DNA of 63,407 bases, counting the filler, from Asterionella formosa (Eukaryota): assembly GCA_002256025.1 (NCBI GenBank). It is 12 parts of 12 records of this genome, joined end to end, with 100 filler letters (N's around TTAATTAATTAA, not from the genome) between each part and the next. Parts side by side here need not be neighbours in the genome. Positions count along the whole stretch, not along the records: positions 10,614 to 15,814 come from NKIB01013174.1; positions 15,915 to 21,117 come from NKIB01013175.1; positions 21,218 to 26,414 come from NKIB01013176.1; 9 more parts are not named here. One strand, written 5' to 3'. Both the position numbers and the translations under genes were made by a program. The notes under the pieces are model-generated. The model saw only the letters and a list, made by a program, of their open reading frames with translations. It ran no database searches and was not told the origin of the DNA. Numbering within the stretch: position 1 is the first letter of the stretch; each line of letters starts with the position of its first letter. Of this stretch, positions 11,747-24,900 are shown in pieces.

Positions 11747-12461
11747 CTGCAAATAAAAACTATCATATTTCCATGATGCATCATAGGATTGTGATCATCT
11801 GATCATAATATTTCGTTATATCATCTTATAATTTTGATAAATGCCTTTGTAATTTAAATAGTAACCCTTTTGACTACATATATTTAATTATTATATGTAT
11901 TGTTTCTATTTGATATCCTGAATTCGAATTTCTTGGTAGGATAATGTACCAGTTCAAGTAATGTAATTTGGCTCGTCATTTCCATCCGTCATCACTCCGA
12001 TTTTTGCAGCAACAACGAAATACTAGCAATGACAAGCGGAATGAATGGTTGCGATAACGTCTTCAATTTGTTGGTCAAGTGATCATTATATCTTCGAGTA
12101 ATCGTCATGTGCAGTGAACCTTTGTTCATAATCATTCAATTAAGAGTTTACAGGAGAGAAGAAATCATTCGAACTCGTAATGGTTCCGCACACAGCGCAC
12201 AAAGTGAATCCGTTTCGTCGAGTTCAGCATGACAATCTTGCCAATCAACCCGAAAACAAACACATTCTACTTGTTCTCGTTGAAATTTTCAATTCTCACA
12301 TGATACTACATCTACTATTGAGATTCAGCATAGAAGGAGATACGAAAATGTGCGTAACAGACTACTGTCCACATAGCTACAGTTATAGAATGATTCTGAT
12401 GAGAACGCATTTCATTTTCATGTCGCTCGCTCGTTTCTGCATTTGGCATACTGTACTTGAA

Positions 12462-13678
12462 TTAACTATTGAACTTGTCCGCATCTCTGATACCATCAAG
12501 AGAGCGAAAGCAAGTGGCTCTCTTCATTGTTGTTTGCTCGTAGGAAAAATTTGATATCTGTATTCAATGGTAATTGTTCTTGTATTCACTGTTGAACTTG
12601 TCCGCATCTTTGTTACCATCAATAGAGCGACAAGTGGGTCTCTCCATTGTTATTTGCTCCTGGAAAAGTCGGTGTCCGTGTCATCCTCATCAATAGAGAG
12701 ACAAAGTCTTTCGTTGAAAAATTGGTACCAGTGGTATCATCATTCGCTCGTTCGAACCACTGTCCGTTGCCTCAAACCTGATTAGCGTGTGAGTATGTGC
12801 ACTGTCGACTTTTGTACATCACAGGCAGAGTGACTTAGCTACTAAAGTGCATGATATAATAATATACCCTGTAGCATGATGCAGAATACAGTTGCTTCCC
12901 AATCATCTCATCATGATGATTGATTAGATGATACTGTGATATCATGATAAGGTTACATCGATGCATACATCACCAAAGTATGATACGTAATATTGAAAAA
13001 AGTACATCACAGAGCTATGATACATTGATCATAGAACTATGATGATTTTATAAAATGTTTATGATATAATTTTGATCAAAATATGATTATGTTAAAATAA
13101 TACAATGATAATAAAATACGATAAAATATGTACGCAAGTGTTACAAAGACATCATTGAAAATAAATCAAGCAATCATAAAGTATGTTAATTAATATATAT
13201 GTTTGTCGTTGAATCTATACAGTTAAAGTCAACAGTTAATAAGATAGTATTATACAGTGGATAGGATCTAAGTATACAGATGTGTTGATATGTACATCAC
13301 TATAATATGATTTGTGATATGGATTGATGCATATCACATACTGGTATCCTCAACAACCAGCCATCACATTCATTGTTCTTGTGTCGTCTTCCCTTGTTTT
13401 AGCTATATACCGGTATATGCCGGCATGTATATTGTGTAAACACTACGCTGGCGGAACATGCATATTACACTGTGATCTGTTCAACAATTACTACACTCAG
13501 TTAGTACCATCACACCAGTTCTTTCTCCACAAGCGCTGCAAAAAGCTCCGCATTTCCCTTCCACTGTTTTACATCATAGTCTTCTGGCCCTTTGACAACT
13601 TTCCAAATGGCATTTCATTGATTTCATGGAAAGGATCAGTCAAACAAGAAACGAGACTTACTTCCATTGTTTACACTA
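12462..13678 (+). repeat. 1.2-kb dispersed repeat, also at 52960-54266, probably part of a large DNA transposon
   Basis: Colinear high similarity, with internal tandem units starting TTGAACTTGTCCGCATCT. The second copy shares a contig with a Plavaka-like transposase. Confidence 0.9.
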
Positions 13679-14070
13679 CACGACTTTATGTTTTCGGAAA
13701 AGAAGATGAAGAAACTTATGAAATCAATCGAAGATTCCTTAGAATACACTCAAAGATCAAATGAATTTGAACAGATTCATAATACTCCAGAAAAAATAAT
13801 GAAGCAAGTATGCCAACCGATACAATAGTGGCGGAGATTGAAAAGAAGGAAAGATTGCTTTCGAAGAGCCAAGGAAACCCAAACAGTCAGTCTTCGTGGA
13901 TGAAGACTCTATTCGTACAGAGTCACAGTTCCACCATCAAGTGTCGTATTTTGCTCATTCTCCCGAAATCGCTGATAATGAGCAAAGAAGAACTCAGTGA
14001 TTCTCATTCATTTGATGAACAAAATCATGCGATGAATGAAAATATCGGCGGAAATGTGGCAGACATCACT

Positions 14071-15346
14071 TCAGAAGTAGAAATGGTTGAAAAGTTGCAA
14101 AACCAATAAACACATCTCACTATCTGTCCAGCACATCAAGATGAACATCATGAAAGAAGAGTAACTATTGCATTTATCACGCAAGACTTGGTATCCATGG
14201 CTTCCCCTGTCAATGTCATTTGACTGCGCAAAACGATAAAGCTTCAACGCCCACCTAATAAAGTCATCAATATCCATATTCTGGAAGTTAGTTTTATTCT
14301 GTTAGACCAGCTGGTGTGTCATGAATTATGTTAGAATTTTTAAATTGAAATATATTTGATAAGAATATAATCACCGACTCAAAACATCATGCTTTCGAGC
14401 GGAGCATCTCCTTGCGATAACTTACCTAAGATTCCTTTAAATTGATTATTCAATACATTCTGACATTCTATTGCTCACCATTTTTATGCACCTGCCACCA
14501 AATGATGATTTGATGTAATCTAAACATGCCTTGTTGGTATGTTCCATGGTCTGATTCATTGGAAGTAGTGCATCAGAACCATTCCATATGAAATCGGCAA
14601 GCTGTGGATCACTCTCCACTTCTTTGCTTAACTCCGGTTTCACTGTGTAAAGCCGGTCTAGGCAACATTCGGCAAACCAATCCTGTTTGTGATTGGAAAT
14701 CCTTTCATACTACTTGGACCATATAGGGCGGGATGTTTGATTCTCCTTTGGGACCAGAAAAAAGCACATTAGATTGATATTCAGTTTTACAGTACCTGCA
14801 ATTCACGAACTATAACATCAAACTTACATGTTCACAGCAAAACTTCTTGGTCTTGAAAATAAAACTCACAAGCAACCTTTGTGACAATTGATGGATCGGT
14901 TCAATTATAGCTAAGCGAGAACGACGTTGTTCTGATAAGGCTGCTGAAATTCAAGAGTCTTGATAACCTCATATGGACGAGTTTTTGAACCGAATTAGGA
15001 CCTTTGTAGTGATTGAGTTCATTGATCAATTGATAATATCCTTTGGCAAGTGCAAAATGTTTTCCCCTCAGTTTTTCATGTACTTGTTGGTCTGTGTGAT
15101 TAGAAAATTTATGACATGGTTCCATGTCATCCATCTTCATCGACAGGAGCCATTTTTCTTGTATCAATAACTGAAGTAGAAACATCATCATCGCTGTCAG
15201 TATCAATTACGGGTTCCTTTGTACTAGTAGCTGATATATTGTTATTGTCATATGATGTATCGGTACACATGAAGAGCTCCCGCCCAAAGAAGGGGCGTAA
15301 ACAATTTGATACCAAAACCCTTGCAGTTGTGACTTACACCAATTGA
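14071..15346 (-). pseudogene. Degenerate, apparently spliced gene of unknown function
   Basis: Several protein-like ORF pieces separated by GTAAG donor sites (ACTTAC on + near 14420, 14822 and 15332). No family recognised. Confidence 0.35.
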
Positions 15347-15914
15347 ATGGTCTAAATAATTAGTTTCAATGGACGTAGAAAATATCGATGCAAACAAATT
15401 TCAGAAACAATACCGGTACACGTAGTTGTGGAAAACAATGGACACATAGTGCATTGAGTATTTTCGAATTATGTATATGCGAGTATGATCATCTCAACCA
15501 TATCAGATGTTCCATATCGAGAGCGCCTTTGAATTTTATAAATGTATAAGACTTCATCTATATATATATATTTACAAATTTTATTACTATATTCATGGCA
15601 TATATATTTTTGAAATCGTTCTGTCATGTTAACAAACAATGCCTGCTACCAAATGAAAAGATCCGTCGTAGTAAAGCACATGACAGCCAAGAAAAGAAAG
15701 TTTACGCAATACATAACGAAAAACATTGTGGCTTCGACACATTGCGCATTCGAAGGATGGAGAATGTTTAAGGTAATGAAGCCATCAATGTGGTACTTGG
15801 ATGACAATCGTTGGNNNNNNNNNNNNNNNNNNNNNNNNNNNNNNNNNNNNNNNNNNNNTTAATTAATTAANNNNNNNNNNNNNNNNNNNNNNNNNNNNNN
15901 NNNNNNNNNNNNNN

Positions 15915-16378
15915 ACTTTACGGCCTGGTGGCACTTCCGGTGGCCTCATTGGAAATTTTGTATACCAGGGCATTTCTTTCGTACCGTTCACTGCTGGTGT
16001 TACAATTTTGTCCTTTTCCTTGCCGACCGGTGCTACAACTTGGTTCTTCTCCTTGAAGGCCCGTGTCAAACCTTTGTTCTTCTCCTTGAAGACCGGCGTT
16101 ACAACTTTATTCTTTTCCTGTACTTCTGGTGTTACAACTTCTTTCGTCCACTTAACTGAGATTGGTTCAACTTCTTCTTTGTCTTGGACTATCTGTGATA
16201 CAACGGTTGCTGGAACCTGTGCGCCAAATTCATGATCAGAAATGTTCACCATTTTGGACGACCCTTGCGCCTCCACAAAAAACTGACTGAAAATGAAGGC
16301 TGTGGACAGCCATAAAGACGCTAGCCCGATGATGGCAATCAATCGCATGAATACGGGCATTGTTGCGGGACTCTTCAT
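15915..16378 (-). CDS. Type II membrane protein N-terminus (TM anchor plus 11-aa repeat stem), truncated by the contig edge
   Basis: Hydrophobic segment LIAIIGLASLWLSTAFIF, then four to five KEKNKVVTPxx repeats. The architecture resembles Golgi glycosyl- or sulfotransferases, but the catalytic domain is not visible. Confidence 0.7.
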
Positions 16379-17349
16379 CGCGAAATTAGAAAAATTCTAG
16401 GGATTGGGAAATGTTAAAAGAACGAGGTGAGTGAAGGGTGAACCTACATGGTACCCGTGGTACTGGTACCTGGTACCCTGGTACCGGTTCTACTGTGAAT
16501 ACCACGATGATATACCTGTAGTACTATGATGTTAATATGTGTTTATACACAAACGTAACTGATGAATGATATGATATATTTATTGGGCAGCAAATTATAT
16601 ACGGCGATATGAGAATACTTTGTTGTCATTAAATATTTATGCTTCGCATAATAGCAACCAATGTTGTCACGATGATGGGAATGAAAAATATAATGGTCAT
16701 TCTTACCTAAGAGCTGACGGGTTCTTAACGGTCGTCTGTTACAACGGGCGAGGTAGAGCCCATATAGAAATATACAGGAGTGCGCCAGCTGGCTCCGAGG
16801 AGAGTGAGCAATGTTGGAAGGCAAACCTGGCTGGCGAGCAACCCCTGACTGTACTCACGAATCGCGTTCCGGTGACAGTACGACGTATACCGGAACTAGA
16901 TAACGTCCAGTTTTAAGAGTATAACGCCAAGGTGCCCCGCTTGCTTCTTGTCCCGGATTTTTCGGATTTTTCGTTTTACCTCTTGTACTCCTGTGCCAAA
17001 TAAATGTATTGCTGGTTGAAACAAGACCCGATGAATGACCAAAACAGGGGGATACGTATGTAGGCCTTAGTATCTGGGAGTTGTGGTAAAAGACGGTTTT
17101 TTTACTACGAGGTAAATTGAGCTAAATATTTCATTTAGCGCAACTTGCTGGTAGTTTACATGTCTGAACTGGGCTAATGTGTGCCAAACTGCCATGCTGG
17201 ACCTATGAAGAAAATCCAGTTACAAGTAGTCTATGTACATAGAAATCATGTTGCATATCAGCAATAAATCAGCAAACAGAGTTCCTTGTTGGATGCTGCC
17301 CACTCAGCATGTAGTAGGTGAACAATGGCATATGGTGATCCAACTGTAT

Positions 17350-18340
17350 TCTAAACAGATAAATACTGAATTATAAATCAATTTTTGCTTCGGGCCTGAG
17401 CCCTTGTAGACAATGGAGCATTGTAGAATGGCGCATATGTACAAATAAGACGCATTTCAATGCAACAACGAGGCATCGAGATATCGTTCTTTGTCATCGA
17501 GCCCACTTGTTGTGGGTTTCTGATTATACTGTTTCTGCTATATCTAAATAAATGTAATAGCTACAATTAAAATCGTTTACAATACACTAGCGACTATTCG
17601 ATTCTAACTATTTGACTATTATACAATAACAAATGAGGGAAAGATGACATGATTACTGTTGTCAAATTGTCAGTAATTTGTTGTAGTTGTTGCTGACATA
17701 ATGACGATGAACGATTACTTATACTGGTATACCTTTACTGTTTCAAGGGTCAATGTCCAAGGTATATACCAGTATATTAATACATGTATGCAATATATAC
17801 TGACTCGAAGATGAGCAGAATAATTGGGTTTGTGTTGGCTACATTCTACTAAGTAGTCAACACGGAATCCTACGTCGTGTAGTAGGTAACTTTGGAAAAA
17901 AGTTACATAAACAACATGATAATGCGTTTAGGTAAAACTTATTGGGATGCATATAGGCGCGGAATCTCCTACCAGGTACAGTACCAGTTATGCAAACAAC
18001 GCGTTTGCGTTGGGATTTTCACTCCCATTGGCATCGCATTTTAGGGTTACATAAGTCGAAACACTGTTTGGTTGGCATTTTTGTCCATGGTTAGCATTGG
18101 CCTTAAGCATCGAACGCTTATTTCCTTTTAACTTAGCTACTAAGCACCAAATTCTTATTCACTTTTAACTTAAGCAGCATGGGTCACGAGCACAAGCCAA
18201 GCCTCCACGGAAGTTTGCCAGCCCTTGCACGACGCGCTCTCAATATATAAATTAAGTTCTGTATAATTAGCTAATAATATATAACCCCCCAAAATAATTG
18301 CCGTTATACGGTTTTAAGCACGGTTTCCGGATGTCCCAGG
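17350..18340 (+). repeat. About 1-kb non-coding dispersed repeat, with an inverted copy at about 28258-29070
   Basis: Reverse-complement matches such as GGGTCACGAGCACAAGCCAAGCCTCC and CCGGATGTCCCAGG. Confidence 0.88.
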
Positions 18341-18489
18341 TACAATCAATATACCGGTATATCATATCTTCCCCATTAGTCTACCGGTATGCATTTATTA
18401 CCACTCCCTGAGATCCGCTGGCATAACACATAAAACAAGGAAAAGTGATTGCTTTACCGGTCGTAGTATGACCGATATCATGAAGAAGC

Positions 18490-19828
18490 TTGGATTATGG
18501 TTTACAGAACCTCAAAAGAGGACCTGATGGAGATGGCGAAATTGATGGTCTGCTCGTTTTAGTGGGTAAATATTTGGTGGGCCGATTCAAAGTTGATAAA
18601 ACAACTAGACAACAATGTATTTGGAACCGCGCGCTTGAATCTTTTTATCACAGTGATAATGACGTGTTCCATCGCCTTCCCGCAAATTCTTGGCTGGGCG
18701 TCCTCTCAAATATAATTGTGAGGAAATAATTACAGCGATTGCAGATATCCCGTATCGCAAGCGTAGTAGTACATATCGTAAATTACCAGCTGCGCTTGCC
18801 CTTCCCAAGTCAACAGTTTTTGATAATAGAGGGGATGTTTTACAACCGCACTCAAGTGCGCTGAAGCGAAAGCTTTCGGAGGTAAGACAAGTCGGTTTAT
18901 GTATTGTGTTAACGATTTGCAATTAAACCATCCAGATCAAGAACATCCTTCCCCTGATATTGACTTCGACCTGGTGCTGTTCGGATATTATGATGGCTTC
19001 TAGTACAACCAGGTCCACATAGATGAAAAGTGGATGTTTGTTGGAGAGGAGAAGTTGAAGATATATCTGGCTCATGGAGAGGAGGCTCCCACACGGCGAA
19101 CAAGACATAAAGACCATATCGAAAAGGTAATGTTCCTTTCTGCTGTAACTCGTCTGCGTTTTGACAACAACAAAGTTTGCGTGTGTGTTTGATGGTAAAA
19201 TTGGTATTTGGCCATTTGTTCACCTAGTGGCAGCCCAAAGGACTTCCACTTATCGACCACCAGCAGGGACCATGGAAACAAAATCCCTCCCAGTTACCAA
19301 GCAGACATATGCTGACATGATCATGAACAATTTTTTACCTGTGATCAAAGAGAAGTGGCCTGATGACAACAAACGAATAAATCTACAGCATGACAATGTA
19401 TCCACACATTTCAGTTCCAATTATGCTCCCTTTGTAGCTGCAGCAAAAGCGGAAGGCTGGGATATTCAATTGACAAAGGAACCAGCAAACAGTCAAGATT
19501 TAAATATCAATGATCTATTGTTTTTCAGGGCATTGCAGACAGGTCAATGGGAGTCCATGGAGGAATCCAACGATGATGTTGACAGCTTGATAGAGGCAAT
19601 GCAGTCAGCATTCAATTCATTTGATCCCAAACTATTAAATTTTTTCTTTTATACCATCACAGCCAGGGTTGTATAGAGGAAATCATTTTGGTGAATGGCA
19701 ATAATAACTATGATATACCGCACATGGGGAAGGCAGCTTTAGATCGGGTGGGATTGCTTCCAGATAGGCTATCTGCATGAGAAGGAGCAGTTGAATTGGC
19801 CCGCACATTTCTCAATGAAGATTTCTAA
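18490..19828 (+). pseudogene. DD39D (plant/oomycete-type mariner) transposase, frameshifted
   Basis: VHIDEKW, KVMFLSAV, FDGKIGIWPFV and QHDN...DLNIND, with exactly 39 residues between the last two catalytic Asp. HTH-like N-terminal region. Confidence 0.93.
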
Positions 19829-20038
19829 TAATAGGGTGTGCAGGTAGGGTTTTTTCGTTGCCAGCACCACTATGGCTGCTTGGATTAACAGATGATCCTC
19901 CTTTTTAAGTTTTTTAAAATATATAAATATGGTGCTACTCGGAGTGCATCTAATTGTAACTTAGAGCTTCAACTGAATAGCAACAAGTCTATTTAATTAA
20001 CACAGCAGTAGAATTGCTTTTATCTAACAAGTGATCAC

Positions 20039-20527
20039 CTATTTCGATGTCTTCCTCCTCCTTAACAGCATCTTCAATCTTGACGATTTCATCAAGAAAC
20101 GTGAATAGCGCAACTCCTTAAACCTCGCATATTCATCCTTTTTCTTTTGCTGATTAGAGTCTTTGAGCAGTTCAATAACTACTGCAGTACGATGAACATA
20201 ATTCGTTGCCTCAAATGTGTCGCGAGCAATTCTCCTGCTGGAAAGATATCCAGCTCTGCACCTTTGACCTTCTGGATGGAGGTCACAGTCCATCGTCACC
20301 TGCATTGTATCCTCAAGTTCTTGTAGGACCTCACCCAGCACTGCACACCAATGAAAAAAGACCACTGATCCAACTTTCCCAGTTGATCCGCAACAGCAAT
20401 CACGATGGGCACAGCTGCACCCATTATTGCTTACCATCAAGCCGAGGATCTGACCATCAGGAATGGGCATGTCGTCAATGTCAACATCCATTTTGATGAT
20501 AATGATGATGGTGTTGGTGATGGACAT
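20039..20527 (-). CDS. Cys/His-rich small protein, possibly HIRAN-like, convergent with the transposase
   Basis: GQILGL..NGCSCAHRDCCCG..VGSVVFF..GQRCRAGYL. The fold assignment is inference, and the 3' end may be frameshifted. Confidence 0.5.
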   Translation of the reverse strand: MSITNTIIIIIKMDVDIDDMPIPDGQILGLMVSNNGCSCAHRDCCCGSTGKVGSVVFFHWCAVLGEVLQELEDTMQVTMDCDLHPEGQRCRAGYLSSRRIARDTFEATNYVHRTAVVIELLKDSNQQKKKDEYARFKELRYSRFLMKSSRLKMLLRRRKTSK

Positions 20528-21743
20528 AATAATACTAGAAGAATCAACACATTAGCATTCTTGTTTGATATATAAATGTACCCAATGTATATATATGTAT
20601 GTTAAATTGCTTTCGATTAATTCATTTAGATGCTAAATATTTAATTTAAAAAACAGAGTTAATGTTCACGTCTATGTAACTCATAAAAATCGCCATTTTC
20701 CGAGTAAGCCGACCCTCACGTAGGAAATTGGTATGTAGTCTACATAATCCGTGCTAAAATAAGCTGCTCGGCAATGAGGGTTCCGATAATCGATGCAACT
20801 ATTTTCGGAGAGAGGAAGTTCCAGGTACTCTGACCTCTGCTCCCTAATAAACCATAAGCCAGCAAGAGCAGTAAACGAAAGTGTGGTCGCTGATATTACT
20901 GGTATGCATTTCGGTCCTGCAAGCAAACATGCAAACGAGTTTCATTTTTTCACGGAATAATAGCACTACCAGGTGCCTACGACCATTCTTCTTTGCCTTG
21001 TTGCTATCGAACAATAAAGGAATATCATGCAATCAAATGTTCATCAGATCCCTGAAGAATACCTTGACGCCCAACGAGCGGCGATTGAAGCTGTCTATGT
21101 CGGACGTGCCACACTGGNNNNNNNNNNNNNNNNNNNNNNNNNNNNNNNNNNNNNNNNNNNNTTAATTAATTAANNNNNNNNNNNNNNNNNNNNNNNNNNN
21201 NNNNNNNNNNNNNNNNNGACGATGCGACTACATGAATACCTCGAGAAGACAAGCAATCCAACAATCAACCGCATCCGTTAGGCAAAGAATCGCTACTGGC
21301 GTCATCGCGGAACTGATTTCGCTTCAAACCGGTCATGATGGACGACGATTGGCATGGTGAAAGGTGAATTGCCGGAGTCCACTTTTCAGGAGACGAACAA
21401 AAACGAGGTGAATTCTAGATATAAATTATTAAAAAATCTGTATAGTATATAAAATGGTTTCCTTAAGTAGACCCCTTGCCGATTTCGGCAATCCCAGTGC
21501 TGGAAAACCGAGGGGCAATTGGTGTCTGTTGTCTTGCCAAAATGCGAAGATAGGAAATATACAAAATATGTTTTAATGATGGGCAATATCGGACCTTTGG
21601 CAATTTTCGAGGTGAAGATAGGAAATATACAAAATATACTTTATATGATGGGCAATAGTAGGCTAAAATTGACATTTATGCTAAATTTGTGAGCAGTAGG
21701 TAAGCGAATGACGCGACGATAGCTAGTTTGTGAATTGCCTCAA

Positions 21744-21923
21744 CAATACCCTTCTCGGCGGCTACTTGCCTTCTCGTATACATGTGTACTCGACTGGGAT
21801 GGCACTCGTAGGGTGACCTTCTCACAGCGCCGGGGGCGCCACTCGTACGGTCAACCTACTCGCGCCACCCAGCCTCGAACACATGTATACTCGCAGGCAA
21901 GAGACCACCTCGGGCGTGTATTG
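21744..21923. repeat. Imperfect long palindrome made of two inverted copies of a 90-100-bp repeat; third copy at 30386-30489
   Basis: CTTGCC..GTATACATGTG..CTGGGATGGC..GGGTGACC is mirrored by GGTCAACC..GCCACCCAG..CACATGTATAC..GGCAAG. Confidence 0.8.
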
Positions 21924-24900
21924 CCTTCAGCAGCCACGTTGCCTTTGATCTGAGGTTGTGAGGTTTGATACCTGCAATTTTTTTGAGAAGCAATTGTTGG
22001 GTTCGACTCCCACACCCCTTACCATCCCCCACGGTCTTGCCTGGAGTGCAAGAAATAGTGGGTTTCCCCCTACAAGCAGCAGCTTGTGCCGCCTTCCTAG
22101 GCGGTCAGAGTTTCCCCTAATGCTGTGGCTAAGACAATCACCTTTTGTGAAAGGTGGTTGGGGACTCACCTACGCCAACAAAACTAGGAAAGCACAGGTC
22201 TTGTTGGCAGGTAAAACAATGAAATATTGGCCTAGAAATAGGGGAGTACAAATGGGCAATAAAACATACTATCTGATATATAAATATGTAGCTATGTAGT
22301 ACAGTTGCTACAAATTATATAATTACAAAATTTGTTGTTGCAACTGCTGCTGTTGCAATCGCATTCATGATAGTTGCTGTGATTCACTGAGTTGCTTCTT
22401 CTCCAAACTTTGCATGACCTTGTCAACCATGATTCTGTAATCTGTTCCTCTGCTCGCAGTAGGCAGCAGCACAAGCAATGAGCTTGCTTGCTGAATCAAT
22501 TGGTGTTAATCTCTATAATGCAGCCATTTCCATCATTCATGAAAGTGACGAGGATGAGGGGGACAAGGACAACAGTGATGATGACAGCATATTCCTGTTG
22601 TCATCGTCCTCTTCTGGAGAGGACAACACATTCGTCTGTAAAAAAAAACCGTTAGGCCTAGTAACAGTTTTGCTGTAAGACTCACTGCCCCAAAAATTCT
22701 CAGTATGACGTATTATTTTTTGATTGATCATATAAAAAAACTGATTGATCATACAGAATACTGATTATCATACAAAAAAACTGATTGATATCAACTAACG
22801 TTTTGGTGTTCGATCTAAAGATAGTCCGTAGTCATGAGATCAAATCAGTTATTGATTCGATCTAACCTTTGGAATGCTAACATCAAATAGAATTTTTAGC
22901 TTTCAATCTGACGTTCATTACTACTGATCTAACTAATTTCTCTCATTGATCAAACCTATTATCATGTTCGATCAATGATGAACACAAATCGAATTCAATG
23001 GATTGCTATTTAATACTCAAATATTCTACTTCTGGTCACCCATACTTTTCACTGTGCATACTCTATTAGAATGAGCACACAGTGGTCTTCAATACCTCAA
23101 TTTTCACTTCCGGAAGCTTTGTTTAGATCATTGCCTTTTCAAAATGAAATGAGAGAGTAAACGAAATTGATGATGCTTTATTCGAACCTCTACCATTGCG
23201 AATGGCAGCAAGTCACATTCTCCAATGTTCTTGTACGACTTTCCTGTAAGAGATAATAACAACAATGTTAGCAAAACTGTTGCATCAAGTAAGCAAGGCA
23301 TCTAAACAAAGATATGTGCAACGAAACGATTGCATGAACAATCCATCACTCCAATTTCCGTATGAGCAGGCAATGTGCATATAACTTACCTGTGCTCTCA
23401 TGGTTGATTGTTGCTTCCATTAAGAATGGTAGCAAGCCACATTCTCCAAGGTTCCTGTATGATTTTGAGGAGATAATATCAATGTTAGCAAAAGTGTTGC
23501 AACGATTAAAGCATCTCCAGCCACACATGTGCCATGAACTGATGACATACACAATCTATATAGTAACTTCACGTTCCAATCGACATACCAAGCATCAAAT
23601 GAGAGTATAGTAACTTACCTATGCTCTCAGTCACTCTTGAATGATGGGTGACAGGTAGCGTTGTTAACACTCACATCTGCATATATGGAAGGGAAAGATG
23701 TATTATTGTCGAAATCCAAATTATTGGACACAGACACTACAAACCCTCTGCAGCATTGTGCACAAACATTTTAAGTGCGGGTTTCTTACCTCGTAATTAG
23801 GTTGATTTTTACAACGGAAGAGTAAGGAACGACTCTTACTGGTTAGATACTTTGATCATGATGACACAGGCAAGGAGAAGAGACTAGATGACAGTTTCCT
23901 GGATTTTGTTCTCATCCAATTCTATGTGGTCCTAGTGTCTGGCTTGTTTAACAAAACATCATTTTAAACTTCAAGGAAATTTCGGAATGATCATATAGGA
24001 CAAGCAATGATTTTATGGAAAACTTACTACAGCCTTTAATTTACATTTTGCTTTTGCTTTGGAAGACGAGGGAGATTTTTTATCAAGTCTATTAGATTCA
24101 ATAGACTCAATTAGACGCTCTGAGGAAGTAGAAACAAGATCTACCACGGGCATACAAGCAACATGATCTTTTCTTCTTGGAATGGTATTGGGAGAAGATG
24201 AACTGGCATCAGCTATTTCGTTTTCACTCGCCTGTGTCAATGCATAAACAGAGAATACATGATGTTGGTGATCTCTATTTGGAATGACAGATATGAATAA
24301 TTCCATCGGCTTGTCAGGAAAAACATTTCCCAATTTTGGCGATGCTTCTCAAATGTGGCCTTAATAGTGCAGAGAAGCTTGTTCCTCTTTTTTTCTGTAT
24401 CAATACCAGCACCAACAATATTAGTAAAACAGGGATCATTTGAAACGCCCCAATAACGAAGAAGTTTATCAGCATCATTGGACTCATTTCGACAACCATT
24501 GTTGCTGTACGACATTGGAATCAGCTATTGATTGAATAATGGTTCTGGTACCCTCATAAATATTTTACACTTTGTCGGAGTGGCGAGAACATATGTGTGG
24601 GACAAGCTACACTGCGTATATATTAGCTATATATATTAAGCGGTCACTTTGTGGAAAGTATACATCTAAGACGCCGTTTACGGCACTTTTTCGAATTTAT
24701 GTCTAAAGTGACTTATTTATGCTACTTTTCTAAAATATTATGCTACTTTTTCCGGAATTTATTTGGGTCAAACCAGAATTTATGTGATCTAAAACAAAAT
24801 TTATTTCACTTATCGCATAATTATGTGATCAAACCAATAATTATGTGTGTTTGCAAAAATATTCACTGACCAACTAGCCGTTGCTACAGTATGATGGCAA

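Larger units (their letters stand above)
18404..20818 (+). mobile_element. Tc1/mariner DD39D element (putative full extent)
   Basis: CTCCCT at 18404. The right end (reverse complement CTTCCTCTCTCCGAAAATAGTTGCA) matches an independent element end at 62833. Contains a DD39D transposase. The left end is less certain. Confidence 0.6.
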
